A program made the position numbers and the translations under genes. DNA of 64,000 bases, from positions 8,244 to 72,243 of the forward strand of contig NZ_DASPSP010000018.1 of NCBI RefSeq assembly GCF_035623875.1, written 5' to 3'. Under the pieces are notes generated by a model. That model saw only the letters and a list, made by a program, of their open reading frames with translations, had not been told where the DNA came from and did no database searches. Positions 1 through 10,032 of the stretch are shown here, one piece after another. Position 1 is the first letter of the stretch, and each line of letters begins with the position of its first letter. The stretch is from Mycobacterium sp. (GTDB lineage: Bacteria; Actinomycetota; Actinomycetes; Mycobacteriales; Mycobacteriaceae).

Positions 1-510
1 CATAACCCGCTGCATCGCGCCGAACATCGCCGCGCCGGCCAGTTCGGGATCAATGGATGACGGTAGTTCGCCACGCTTCTGGCCGCGACGAATGTTGGCG
101 GCAGCGTGTTTAACGACGCTGTCGATGTGCCGGTTCTCGGTCAACGCGACCTCGGGCTCGCGAGATAGATGGGTGTAGACGATGACAGCGACCGGATCGG
201 TGTAGTGGAAGTGCACGCCCTTCTCGAGGCGGATGCGCTCGTGCTGCACCCAGGTGCCCAGATCGTCGAGATTGAGGTCAAGAACCTCGACGCGCAGACG
301 GTCGAAGAAATCGTCCAGCAGTGCGCTAACGAGTCCTGCTCGTGACCCGAAGTAGCGGTTGACCAGGCTCGGCACGACGCCTGCCGCCTCTGCGACCCAA
401 GCGATCTCGATGTGACCGTCGTTGGCGATTGCGATGTCGCGGGCACAAGCGAGTAGTCGTTCGCGTGTCGCACGTCCCTTTTGAGTCCTCGGTTCAGCGG
501 TCGTGATCAC
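1..510 (-). CDS. TetR-family transcriptional regulator (runs off the window start)
   Basis: Not in ORF track; manual translation from GTG at 510: MITTAEPRTQKGRATRERLLACARDIAIANDGHIEIAWVAEAAGVVPSLVNRYFGSRAGLVSALL..., a TetR HTH; C-terminal RRGQKRGELPSSIDPELAG; frame open to base 1. Confidence 0.85.
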   Translation of the reverse strand, partial: MITTAEPRTQKGRATRERLLACARDIAIANDGHIEIAWVAEAAGVVPSLVNRYFGSRAGLVSALLDDFFDRLRVEVLDLNLDDLGTWVQHERIRLEKGVHFHYTDPVAVIVYTHLSREPEVALTENRHIDSVVKHAAANIRRGQKRGELPSSIDPELAGAAMFGAMQRVM

Positions 511-532
511 GCGGAAAGCTTATCAAAAAACA

Positions 533-563
533 AATTGACGTCACTTCAGTTTTGCCATACTCT
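533..563 (+). promoter_or_regulatory. Palindrome AATTGACGTCACTT (putative TetR operator) overlapping a possible SigA promoter TTGACG-N17-TACTCT
   Basis: Perfect TGACGTCA core at 536-543 with AA/TT flanks, between the divergent tetR and Rieske oxygenase genes. Confidence 0.5.
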
Positions 564-601
564 TCCTGCTAAAGTGCAGACATCGAACCCCGTCAGGAGG
601 C

Positions 602-1858
602 TTGATTATGACTGCGGTTGAACGAGCGCACTCGGGGAGGCCCGCCGTGAGTCCCTTGACAAGGCCGCTGGTTGCCGACGACTTGGAGATTGTGCGCCGC
701 CTACTCGCTCATATCGATGCGGGGACGACCGATGAAGGCGAGGCGTGGCGCGAACCGGTGGAAAACTACCTCGACCCAGGACGATTCGCGGATGAACTGC
801 GGGTGCTGCGCTCGTTTCCCAGCGTGTTCATTCCGTCGGCAGCCATCCCGAACCCAGGGGACCATGTCGAACGCGTCTGCTTCGGTACGCCGCTGTTCGC
901 GGTCCGTGGCAGCGATGGGCGGGCACGGGTATTCCGTAACGCCTGCCGTCATCGCGGGATGGCTCTGGTCGAGGGCACCGGATGCTCTCACGCGCTAGTG
1001 TGCCGGTACCACGGCTGGACTTATCGTCTCGATGGCACGCTCGCCCATGTTCCGCACGCGGACGCCTTCCCGGATTTGAACATCTCGATGCGCGGCCTGG
1101 TCGAAGTCACCAGCAGTGAGGTCGATGGTCTCATCGTCATCGGTGCGCTGGACTCCGATGCGGCGCAGCCCTCGTTGCGGGCATTTGCTGACGACGCGAT
1201 GGCGGCGCTGACCGAAGGCAGTCCGTGGCGCGACAAACTCGTGCCGGCCCAGCGCCTCGTCGTCACGGAGTCCGCGGTGCGAAACATAAATTGGAAGGTG
1301 CTCATCGAGCAATTCGGGGAGGGCTATCACATTCGCTCAACGCACCGTGAGACGTTCTTCCCGCTACAGTACGACGATCTCAACGTGGTGGAAACATTCG
1401 GCCCGAATAGTCGAATCACATTCCCATACCGCAACATTGAAAGACTCCGTCACCGCCCAGAGTCGACGTGGACCACCAAGCAGCGCATGACGTTCGTCTA
1501 TCAGCTGTTCCCGAACGCGATGATCGCGACGTTTCCGGATCAGGTGACGGTGGTCGTGGTCGACCCGATCGATATCGACCACTCGATGATGACCACCTAT
1601 ACCGTCGTCACGCCCGAGTTTGCCGAAGTGGCTCTGATCGCGGCAGCGGAACAAGACGGCGCCGGCACTGTCCCCACCCTGCTCGAGCGGGGTGTGTTGG
1701 AGGACAACGAAATGTCGATGGGTGTGCAGCGCGGCTTGCGCTCCGGGGCGAATGCGTTTGTGGAGTTCGGACGACACGAAAGCGCGATCGGACACTTCCA
1801 CGCCAACCTGGACCAACGTCTGGCGCTATTGGCCGAACGGCGCCCAGCGTCACGCTAG
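602..1858 (+). CDS. Rieske non-heme iron oxygenase, alpha subunit
   Basis: Rieske motif CRHRG...CRYHGW; mononuclear iron ligands EGYHIRSTH and distal EDN. Confidence 0.9.
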   Translation: MIMTAVERAHSGRPAVSPLTRPLVADDLEIVRRLLAHIDAGTTDEGEAWREPVENYLDPGRFADELRVLRSFPSVFIPSAAIPNPGDHVERVCFGTPLFAVRGSDGRARVFRNACRHRGMALVEGTGCSHALVCRYHGWTYRLDGTLAHVPHADAFPDLNISMRGLVEVTSSEVDGLIVIGALDSDAAQPSLRAFADDAMAALTEGSPWRDKLVPAQRLVVTESAVRNINWKVLIEQFGEGYHIRSTHRETFFPLQYDDLNVVETFGPNSRITFPYRNIERLRHRPESTWTTKQRMTFVYQLFPNAMIATFPDQVTVVVVDPIDIDHSMMTTYTVVTPEFAEVALIAAAEQDGAGTVPTLLERGVLEDNEMSMGVQRGLRSGANAFVEFGRHESAIGHFHANLDQRLALLAERRPASR

Positions 1859-1876
1859 CGTGACGGTCGCCGGTCC

Positions 1877-3349
1877 TCAGCTCTCGATGGTGTAGCCCAT
1901 CGGCATCAACACGCTCTTCTGTTGGGTGAAGTGCTCGACGCCCTCCGGCCCGTTCTCCCGGCCGATGCCGGAGTTCTTGTAGCCGCCAAACGGACAACAC
2001 GGATCGAAGGCGTACCAGTTGATCGCGTATGTCCCGGTGCGGATCTTCTCCGAGATCTCGATACCTCGTGGCACATTGGTGGTCCACACGCTGCCGGCCA
2101 GGCCGTACACCGAATCGTTGGCGATCTTGATCGCATCTTCCTCGGTGTCGTAGGGGATGATGCTGAGCACCGGCCCGAAGATCTCCTCCTGGGCGATTGT
2201 CATCTTGTTGTCGACATCAGCGAACACGGTGGGCTGCACGAAGAAGCCGTTGTCCAGCCCTTCGGGACGGCCGCCGCCGCACACCAGCCGCGCGCCCTCC
2301 TCGACGCCCTTGGCGATGTAGCCCTCGACGCGGGCGCGCTGTTTCTCCGAAATCAGCGACCCGATCTGGGCGGCCGGGTCTGACGGCGTCCCGACTGGCA
2401 GCGCCTGCACGAAAGCGCTTACCGCGTCCACGATTTCGTCGTAGCGCGAGCGGGGTGCCAGTATTCGGGTCTGGGCCACGCAGGCCTGTCCGGTGTTCAT
2501 GATTCCGGAGAACACCAGCATGGGGATCGAGCCGGCCAGGTCGACGTCGTCGAGGAGGATGGCCGCCGATTTGCCGCCGAGTTCCAGGGTGCACGGCTTG
2601 AGTATCTCCGCCGCGCGGCGGCCGATCTCCTTGCCGACGCCCGAGCTGCCGGTGAAGGAGAAGACGTCGATGTCTCGATTGGACGTCAGCGCCTGGCCGG
2701 TCTCGACCCCGCCGGGTACTACCGACAGCACACCCTCTGGCAGGCCGGCCTCAGCGAACACCTCCGCCAAAGCATTTGTGCTCAACGGGGTTTCGGCGGC
2801 TGGCTTGAGCACCACCGTGCAGCCGGCCAGTAGCGCCGGACCCAGCTTGTTGATCGCGAGGAATAGCGGCACGTTCCACGCCACGATCGCGCTGACCACG
2901 CCGAGCGGCTCGCGACGGACGATGGTCTGCCCGTAGCCGCCGTTGCGGATCTCCTGCCACTTGACCTGGTCGACGGCGGGGCCGGCGAAAAAGTTCATCG
3001 CCCCGATCCCGCTCATCCACTGCATCGTCTCGACAGAGGTCGGTGGCTGGCCGGTCTCGAGGCCGAGCAGCTTGGTGAAGCCATCCTTGCGCTCCTCCAT
3101 CAGCTTGAGCGCGTTGGCGAGGACGGCCGCGCGGTCTTTCGGCGGCGTCGTGGGCCAGGGGCCGCTGTCGAATGCCGCGCGGGCCGCAGCGACTGCCGCG
3201 TCGACGTCGGCCGCGGCCGCCAGCGGTACCTTGCCGACGTACTCGCCGGTGGCCGGGCAGTGCACCTCGATGACTTCGGAGGTCGACGGCTCCGTCCACT
3301 TGCCGCCAATGAAAAGCTTGTCGTACTCCGTTTTAGCGCTGTCGCTCAT
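1877..3349 (-). CDS. Aldehyde dehydrogenase (Rv0223c-like)
   Basis: FTGSSGVG, LELGGKS, catalytic GQAC, EEIFGP motifs; start placed at MSDSAKTEY (3349). Confidence 0.92.
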   Translation of the reverse strand: MSDSAKTEYDKLFIGGKWTEPSTSEVIEVHCPATGEYVGKVPLAAAADVDAAVAAARAAFDSGPWPTTPPKDRAAVLANALKLMEERKDGFTKLLGLETGQPPTSVETMQWMSGIGAMNFFAGPAVDQVKWQEIRNGGYGQTIVRREPLGVVSAIVAWNVPLFLAINKLGPALLAGCTVVLKPAAETPLSTNALAEVFAEAGLPEGVLSVVPGGVETGQALTSNRDIDVFSFTGSSGVGKEIGRRAAEILKPCTLELGGKSAAILLDDVDLAGSIPMLVFSGIMNTGQACVAQTRILAPRSRYDEIVDAVSAFVQALPVGTPSDPAAQIGSLISEKQRARVEGYIAKGVEEGARLVCGGGRPEGLDNGFFVQPTVFADVDNKMTIAQEEIFGPVLSIIPYDTEEDAIKIANDSVYGLAGSVWTTNVPRGIEISEKIRTGTYAINWYAFDPCCPFGGYKNSGIGRENGPEGVEHFTQQKSVLMPMGYTIES

Positions 3350-3391
3350 ATCGGCCACCCTACCCAAGCCGAAGCAAAACGAGAACATGTT

Positions 3392-4162
3392 TCAGTATTG
3401 TGGCTGAAGGACCAGCACGAGATTGCTCACCAGGAACTCCCGTAGCACCGGCACCGACGTCAGCCACCATGCCCATCGAGGGTGGTAGCGGGGGAAAGCG
3501 GCGACCAAGGCGCCAGTGCTGGCCGCCCAATTCAGGCCGTCGGCCGCCGATATCGCGAACAACGACGATCCGTAATCGTTTTTCGGACGATGACCGTGTT
3601 TGCGGGTGTAGCGCGCCGCGGCGCGCGCCCCGCCGAGATAGTGCGTCAGGCCCATCTCGTGGCCGCCGAACGGGCCGAGCCAGACCGTGTAGGACAGCAC
3701 CGCGAGACCGCCTGGCTTGGTGACCCGCAGCATCTCGGCGCCGAGCCGCCAGGGCCGCGCTACGTGCTCGGCGACATTGGACGACAGGCAGATGTCCACC
3801 GAGTCATCGGCGAACGGCACCGCCATGCCCGAGGCGCGGACGAATGTGCCAGTTGCGGCTGCCAAAGACGGCCCGGCCGTGTGCATTTCGTTTGGATCGG
3901 GTTCCACGCCGATGTACCGAAGCCCGGCGTCGGTAAAGGCCGTCGCGAAGTATCCCGGCCCGCCACCGACGTCGAGCAGCGTGCGACCAGCCGGAGACTC
4001 GCCGTGGGCGGACCGCCAGAAGTCGCACACCATAACAGCGGTGTCGACCGCCAGCGCGTGGTAGAACCGGGCCGGATCAGGCTGCTCGTAGCGGAACTCT
4101 GACAGCAGTCGCACCGACCGGCGCAGGGTCGCTCGCTGGGCAAACACGTCGGTCACGGCCAC
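3392..4162 (-). CDS. Class I SAM-dependent methyltransferase (Rv0224c-like; MtrP in corynebacteria)
   Basis: LDVGGGPG motif I, LSSNVAEHV; position in the Rv0224c-Rv0228 cluster. Confidence 0.9.
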   Translation of the reverse strand: MAVTDVFAQRATLRRSVRLLSEFRYEQPDPARFYHALAVDTAVMVCDFWRSAHGESPAGRTLLDVGGGPGYFATAFTDAGLRYIGVEPDPNEMHTAGPSLAAATGTFVRASGMAVPFADDSVDICLSSNVAEHVARPWRLGAEMLRVTKPGGLAVLSYTVWLGPFGGHEMGLTHYLGGARAAARYTRKHGHRPKNDYGSSLFAISAADGLNWAASTGALVAAFPRYHPRWAWWLTSVPVLREFLVSNLVLVLQPQY

Positions 4163-4273
4163 CGGCCAACCCTACGGCCGAGCTGACTTCACGTTTGCGC
4201 CCGCCGGGCTGATTGCCGGACTCCTCAGCCCGCCGCTTTCGCGGCGCGCATCGTCGCCCGGCTAGGCTGACCC

Positions 4274-5431
4274 GTGATGTCTCGTCTGCGCTCGGTATTG
4301 CTGCTGTGCTGGCGCGATATCGGCCACCCGCAGGGCGGTGGCAGCGAAACCTATCTGCAGCGCATCGGCGCCCAGCTGGCCGCGTCCGGCGTCGCGGTCA
4401 CGTTGCGCACCGCCCGTTACCCCGGCGCGGCACGTCGGGAAGTCATCGACGGTGTGCGGATCAACCGTGCGGGCGGGCGGTACTCGGTATACGTCTGGGC
4501 GCTGTTGGCGATGGCGGCGTCCAGGCTCGGGCTGGGGCCGCTGGGGCGGGTCCGACCCGATGTGGTAATCGACACCCAGAACGGCTTGCCGTTTCTGGCG
4601 CGGCTGATCTATGGCCGGCGGGTCGCGGTGCTGGTGCACCACTGCCATCGCGAGCAGTGGCCGGTGGCCGGCTGGTTTTTCGGTCGGCTCGGCTGGTTTG
4701 TGGAGTCGCGGTTGTCGCCGAGGGCGCACCGCCGCAACCAGTACGTGACGGTGTCGTTGCCGTCGGCCCGCGACTTGGTCGGCCTGGGTGTTGCCAGTGA
4801 GCGAATCGCGTTGGTGCGCAACGGTCTCGACGAGGCACCCGAGGCGTCTCTGCGTGGACCACGGGCGGGTAACCCGCGCGCGTTGGTGTTGTCTCGGTTA
4901 GTGCCGCACAAGCAGATCGAGGACGCGTTGGCTGCGGTGGCGCTGCTGCGGCCATCGATACCGGGGCTGCATCTCGACATCGTCGGCGGCGGGTGGTGGT
5001 GGCGGCGCTTGGTCGACCACGCCGCACGCTTGGGGATCAGCGACGCGGTGACGTTTCACGGCCATGTCGATGACGTCACCAAACACCATGTCATGCAACG
5101 GTCTTGGGTGCACGTGTTGCCGTCGCGCAAAGAAGGCTGGGGTCTGGCGGTCATCGAGGCGGCCCAACACGCGGTGCCCACAATCGGCTACCGATCCTCC
5201 GGCGGGTTGGCCGACTCGATCATCGACGGGGTGACCGGGGTGCTGGTCGACAGCTGCGCCGAGTTGGTGAATCGGCTGCAGCAATTGCTGACTGATCCGG
5301 TGCTGCGTGATCAACTCGGCGTCAAGGCGCAGGCGCGCAGCGCCGAATTCTCTTGGCGGCAAAGCGCTGACGCGATGCGTACGGTGTTGGAGTCGGTGAT
5401 GGCCGGCGACCGTGTCAGCGGAGTAGTCTAA
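4274..5431 (+). CDS. GT4-family glycosyltransferase (Rv0225-like)
   Basis: HPQGGGSE N-terminal motif and PSRKEGWGLAVIEA (E-x7-E) motif. Confidence 0.92.
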   Translation: MMSRLRSVLLLCWRDIGHPQGGGSETYLQRIGAQLAASGVAVTLRTARYPGAARREVIDGVRINRAGGRYSVYVWALLAMAASRLGLGPLGRVRPDVVIDTQNGLPFLARLIYGRRVAVLVHHCHREQWPVAGWFFGRLGWFVESRLSPRAHRRNQYVTVSLPSARDLVGLGVASERIALVRNGLDEAPEASLRGPRAGNPRALVLSRLVPHKQIEDALAAVALLRPSIPGLHLDIVGGGWWWRRLVDHAARLGISDAVTFHGHVDDVTKHHVMQRSWVHVLPSRKEGWGLAVIEAAQHAVPTIGYRSSGGLADSIIDGVTGVLVDSCAELVNRLQQLLTDPVLRDQLGVKAQARSAEFSWRQSADAMRTVLESVMAGDRVSGVV

Positions 5432-5619
5432 CTTCGACCTTGTCTCAGTGCGCCCCGTTGTCGTGCTGCTCATCGCCGCCCTCGTCATCCCAGTGCGCCG
5501 ATTCTGGAAGCGGTGTGTTGGGCATAGCCCCTCGGGCAGATGCCTCGTAGCCGGGTTGCGCTTTGTGCTCATTCCGGCGTGGATCCAATCTGTTCGCTCG
5601 GATTACGGCTTCGGCGGCA

Positions 5620-7386
5620 TCAGGTATCTCTGTAGGGTCGCGGGCCCCGACGAACATGCTGCCGCCAGCCGGCTACCGCCGTCCCGATGGCCCCGCCGAT
5701 GAGCATCTCCAACCACGCCAAGTGCGCGATCGCCGCGAGCAGTCGACGGTCGGCGGGCACGCCTGCTGCCTTGCCGCCGACTCGATACAGCATTAGATCA
5801 CGCCCGCGATAGGTCACCGGTAGTCGCTCGAAAGTCCTTGCAGCCAAGCCCATATCGCCGGGGGTGCCCGTCTCGATCACCAGCCATCCCACGCCCGCCC
5901 GACGAAGTGCGACCGGATCGGCGCCCGCCAACAGCAGCCGCTGCACCCCGCGCGCCCGGTTTCCCTCACCGGGAACCGTCACACCCGAAATGATCAAGTC
6001 GCCGGTCATCAGCACGTCGGCGCGCACCCAGCGCGGCAGCGGATCCAGCACCGGCGCCGGCCCGGACCAGGCGAAGCGCCGCATGGTATCGGCCGGCAAC
6101 ACCGCGACCGCGTCGGGATCACGGTTGATCAAAGCCGCGACGGTTGCCCAGTCGGTCGGGTAATGCACCGGCTTAACCTTTCCCCCGACGCCCCACACTA
6201 AATCCGGAAGGGAGAGCAGCAGCGCGGCGCAGCACACGAGCGCGGGAACCACCGGCCCCAAACAACTTAGCCAGCGCCGCACCGTCAGGACTGTGCCTGC
6301 TCCCGCGAGTGCGTATCCGGGCAACGCCAGTGCCACCCACTTCTGCCCGTCGCGAAAGACGCCCAGGCCGGGCGCGGCTTCGACCATCGTGTGCAGCGTG
6401 GCCAGCCCCGGCCCGGTGGCCAGTGCGGCGGGTATCAGCACGGACACCGCTGCCAACACCACCAACGGCATCGCCGCCCGGCGGCGCACCACCGTCGGCA
6501 GCCCGGTGGCCACCACAACAAGCAGCACCGTTGCCGACACGACAGCGAAAAGTGTTGCCCGCGAGGCCGGTACGGCGTCGTCGTTCCAGATCCCGCCTAG
6601 GCTGGCCAAGCTGCCCAGCGTGCCCAGACCGGGCTCGGCACGGGCGGCGAACGCGGCAACGTCCGGGGTCTGCGTCCAGACGCCGTCCCCCGATGACAAG
6701 CCCAGTGCCGCGGCCGTCAACCACGGCAGTGCCGCCACCAGGGCCGCGCCCGACACGACGGCGGCACACATCCAGCGCGGCCTGGGCCCCCCCGGGCCCC
6801 CGACAGGCGCAGCGACGCAAACCAGTCCGACTACAGCCGCAAGGATCAACCCGGTCGGGGTCAGCCCGGCCAGCGCGATCCAGAACGCCAACCCGAAAAG
6901 CCGCGGCCAGACGGGCCGGTCCCGCGATCGTAGTGCCAACACATTCGTCGCCACCCAGGGCAGGCAACCGTAGCCGAGCAGCAGGCTCCAGTGCCCCTGG
7001 AGCAGCCGTTCACCGACATATGGATTCCAGATCGCCAGCGTGATCGCGACAAACTGGCCGCCGGCACCGGCTTCTGGCAACACCTGTATGGCCAACCGGG
7101 CGGCGCCCCAGCCCGCCAGCCACAGTCCCGCGACGAGCAACGTCTTGACCACGATGCCGCCATCGACGCAGTGCGACGCCAACGCGACGGCGAAATCCTG
7201 CGGCGTGGCCCGCGGGGCCGCGACCAGCCCGAGCGCGCTGTCGGATAGATACGACCGCGGCGTGGACACTGCATCGCGCAACAGCAAATACCCGGGGCTG
7301 ATCAGCGGCGCAACCACCAGCAGCGCCAACGCCAGCGCATACCCCGGACGAGACCACTGCAGAACCCAGTGGGGTACCGGCCTCAC
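5620..7386 (-). CDS. Polytopic membrane protein (Rv0226c-like; MmpA in corynebacteria)
   Basis: Multiple hydrophobic segments, LLLRDAVSTPR, WNPYVGERLLQGHWSLL, FRDGQKW; synteny. Confidence 0.88.
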   Translation of the reverse strand: MRPVPHWVLQWSRPGYALALALLVVAPLISPGYLLLRDAVSTPRSYLSDSALGLVAAPRATPQDFAVALASHCVDGGIVVKTLLVAGLWLAGWGAARLAIQVLPEAGAGGQFVAITLAIWNPYVGERLLQGHWSLLLGYGCLPWVATNVLALRSRDRPVWPRLFGLAFWIALAGLTPTGLILAAVVGLVCVAAPVGGPGGPRPRWMCAAVVSGAALVAALPWLTAAALGLSSGDGVWTQTPDVAAFAARAEPGLGTLGSLASLGGIWNDDAVPASRATLFAVVSATVLLVVVATGLPTVVRRRAAMPLVVLAAVSVLIPAALATGPGLATLHTMVEAAPGLGVFRDGQKWVALALPGYALAGAGTVLTVRRWLSCLGPVVPALVCCAALLLSLPDLVWGVGGKVKPVHYPTDWATVAALINRDPDAVAVLPADTMRRFAWSGPAPVLDPLPRWVRADVLMTGDLIISGVTVPGEGNRARGVQRLLLAGADPVALRRAGVGWLVIETGTPGDMGLAARTFERLPVTYRGRDLMLYRVGGKAAGVPADRRLLAAIAHLAWLEMLIGGAIGTAVAGWRQHVRRGPRPYRDT

Positions 7387-7392
7387 GCCGGG

Positions 7393-8655
7393 TTAGGACC
7401 TGTCAGGCGGACCGGAAGTCGGTGGGCTTCCCGAGCTCGCCGGGCCCGCGCCGGGTGGCCCGGAGTCTCGATGTAGGTCCTTGGGCGGTGTTGGCAGCTT
7501 CTCGGTTTCGGCCTCGGCGCCGGGCACTCGTGCGGCCGGCGGCTCGCCGCGGCCGAAGAAGCCGTGGTCGGCAGTGTCCAGTCCGGGGTCGAGCAACGCC
7601 GACTCGGTCCGCAAGCTAAACGAGCCGAGCACCAGCCCGCCGATCAGCGCGATCACGCCGGACGCGGTGAAGCTGATCGGCAGCACCCGGGACCACAACG
7701 CCAACCGGTCACGCTCGTTACGGGCCGTATTCACCTGAGACTCGACGGTCTCTTCGTTGGAGGTGACCTTGTATTCGACCATCGTCATCTCGGGCTTCAA
7801 CGGATCGCGGGCAAAGTAGTGATTGGCGTGGTCATCTTCTTTGACGATGGTCCCTGACTCCGGGTCTACCCAGAAGGTCCGCTGCGCCGCGTAGTAGCGG
7901 GTCATGGTGATCCTCTCGTCCGGATCGCCGGGCACGCCCCACATCGCCGCGGTCGCGGTCACCTTGCTGTCCTCGTCGTTGGGGTACAGCGACGGGTACT
8001 TGATCGGCTCGGCCAACTTGCCGTCGGCGTCGTAGCCGACGTCTTGGGTGAACTTGTAGGTGGTCAGGCCGTTGACGTCGTCTTCTCCGCTGTAGTTGGC
8101 ATCGAACGCCTTCTGCGCGATCGGGTCGAAATACGGATACGTCCTCTTCTCGGTATGGAACGGGAATCGGTAGGACAGTCCGTCGTGCGGCAACGCGATG
8201 TTGGTGGGCGGATTTTCGTCGTTGAAGCCGCGCGGCTTCTGGACGGCGCCGCCGGGATGGGTGTCATCGGAAACCGCCATCGCAGTTTTGCGGTCGAGGG
8301 TGACGGTGTCGACGAGTGCGAGCAGCAGGCCGGTGTCCTTTTGTTTGTCGCTGCGCCGAACCGAGTTACCGACTTGGAGCGTGACGACATCGGCGTTGGC
8401 CGGGGATTCGACGTCGATCTGCTGCTGGGATACCAGCGGCACGTTCTTGTTGACCGCCAGGTTCTGACTGTTCATCGACGCCGGGTCGATCGCGGTGCCA
8501 GTGCCGTCACTGATCAACGTGGCATTCAGATCGAGCGGGATCTTGGTGATCCTGCTGCTGGTGTACGTCCACAGCAGCAACGCGGCGATGAGCAAAGCGG
8601 CTCCGAGTCCCATGATCCCGCACGCGGCCACCCGCAGCATGACTGCTCGGTTCAC
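7393..8655 (-). CDS. pgfA: DUF3068 membrane-anchored envelope protein (Rv0227c / PgfA-like)
   Basis: N- and C-terminal TM helices around a periplasmic domain (YRFPFHTEK, TFWVDPESG); GAAGGAGG RBS before GTG at 8655; synteny. Confidence 0.85.
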   Translation of the reverse strand: MNRAVMLRVAACGIMGLGAALLIAALLLWTYTSSRITKIPLDLNATLISDGTGTAIDPASMNSQNLAVNKNVPLVSQQQIDVESPANADVVTLQVGNSVRRSDKQKDTGLLLALVDTVTLDRKTAMAVSDDTHPGGAVQKPRGFNDENPPTNIALPHDGLSYRFPFHTEKRTYPYFDPIAQKAFDANYSGEDDVNGLTTYKFTQDVGYDADGKLAEPIKYPSLYPNDEDSKVTATAAMWGVPGDPDERITMTRYYAAQRTFWVDPESGTIVKEDDHANHYFARDPLKPEMTMVEYKVTSNEETVESQVNTARNERDRLALWSRVLPISFTASGVIALIGGLVLGSFSLRTESALLDPGLDTADHGFFGRGEPPAARVPGAEAETEKLPTPPKDLHRDSGPPGAGPASSGSPPTSGPPDRS

Positions 8656-8853
8656 GTCGCCGTGACCTCCTTCTGGTCTCATTCGGTTCGGGACCACTAA
8701 ACCCGTCCGTCGCGACCGCCCCGACCCGGGGGCCAGCGAAGCAAAACTCGTTCGACCCTAACAGCAAAATTTAAGGTTGCGATTTAGGTCCCTAAGGTGG
8801 GCAAACGGGGTGTACCCGAATTGCCGGACAAGCATCACAGGCAGACTGTCGTC

Positions 8854-10032
8854 ATGACCGTCGCCCGGCAGGTTGGGGGAACTCGCAGCTTCCTGCCCGC
8901 CGTAGAAGGAATGCGGGCCTGCGCGGCTATCGGCGTCGTCATCACCCACGTTGCATTCCAGACCGGGCACTCGGCTGGGGTCGACGGCCGGTTGTTCGGT
9001 CGCTTCGATCTGGCGGTCGCGGTGTTCTTCGCGTTGTCGGGGTTCTTGTTGTGGCGCGGACATGCTGCGGCGGCGCGCGGCCTGGGCTCGCGACCGTCGA
9101 CCGGTCACTACCTGCGATCGCGGGTGGTCCGCATCATGCCGGCGTACCTGGTCGCCGTCGTCGTGATCCTGACCCTGCTGCCGGAGGCTGATCACCCGAA
9201 CCTGACGGTCTGGCTGGCGAACCTCTCGCTTACCCAGGTCTACGTGCCGTTGACATTGACACACGGGCTGACCCAGATGTGGAGCCTGTCGGTAGAGGTC
9301 ACCTTCTATCTGGCGTTGCCGATCCTTGCGTTGTTGGCGGCCCGGCTGCCGGTCCGTGCCCGGGTGCCGGCGATCGCCGGTCTCGGTGTCGTCAGCTGGT
9401 TTTGGGGCTGGATTCCCTTCGCCGCTCCGGCCGGGCTCAATCCGTTGAACTGGCCGCCGGCATTCTTCTCCTGGTTCGTCGCGGGGATGCTGCTCGCGGA
9501 GTGGGTGCACAGTCCGCTCGGGTGGCCGCATCGGCTGGCCCGACGTCGGGTGCTTATGGCCGTCGTCGCGGCGGTGGCTTATCTGGTGGCCGCCTCACCG
9601 CTGGCCGGGCCCGCGGGGCTGGTCCCGAGCACCGCCGCGCAGTTCACGGTGAAGACCGCGATGGGTGCGTTGGTGGCGGCGGGTCTGGTGGCGCCGCTGG
9701 TGCTGGACCGGCCCGACACCGGCCATCGGCTCTTGGGTACCAGGCCGATGGTGACGCTGGGGCGCTGGTCGTACGGAATCTTCATCTGGCATCTTGCGGC
9801 GCTGACCATGGTGTTCCCGGTGATCGGTGAATTTTCGTTTAGGGGGCGCATGCCCGAGGTGCTGGTGCTGACGCTGATCTTCGCGATTGCCATCGCCGCG
9901 GTGAGCTATGCGCTTGTCGAGTCACCGTGCCGAGAAGCATTGCGGCGCTGGGAATCTCGCAGAAGACAGCGGCCAGCGCCGGTGTCCGACAGCGCCGTCA
10001 GCCCGCGCCAAGAGGACGCAATCGCGCCATGA
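8854..10032 (+). CDS. tmaT: Acyltransferase-3 membrane protein, trehalose monomycolate acetyltransferase (Rv0228-like)
   Basis: VEGMRACAA, FFALSGFLL, WSLSVEVTFY, SYGIFIWH motifs; synteny. Confidence 0.88.
   Translation: MTVARQVGGTRSFLPAVEGMRACAAIGVVITHVAFQTGHSAGVDGRLFGRFDLAVAVFFALSGFLLWRGHAAAARGLGSRPSTGHYLRSRVVRIMPAYLVAVVVILTLLPEADHPNLTVWLANLSLTQVYVPLTLTHGLTQMWSLSVEVTFYLALPILALLAARLPVRARVPAIAGLGVVSWFWGWIPFAAPAGLNPLNWPPAFFSWFVAGMLLAEWVHSPLGWPHRLARRRVLMAVVAAVAYLVAASPLAGPAGLVPSTAAQFTVKTAMGALVAAGLVAPLVLDRPDTGHRLLGTRPMVTLGRWSYGIFIWHLAALTMVFPVIGEFSFRGRMPEVLVLTLIFAIAIAAVSYALVESPCREALRRWESRRRQRPAPVSDSAVSPRQEDAIAP

Noticed and set aside
5432-5702. Short ORFs on both strands in the Rv0225/Rv0226c gap (5445-5657 minus, 5448-5702 plus)
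   Set aside because: Both overlap the end of the Rv0226c-like gene, lack a clear RBS and match nothing I recognise. A frameshifted tail of Rv0226c cannot be excluded without an alignment.
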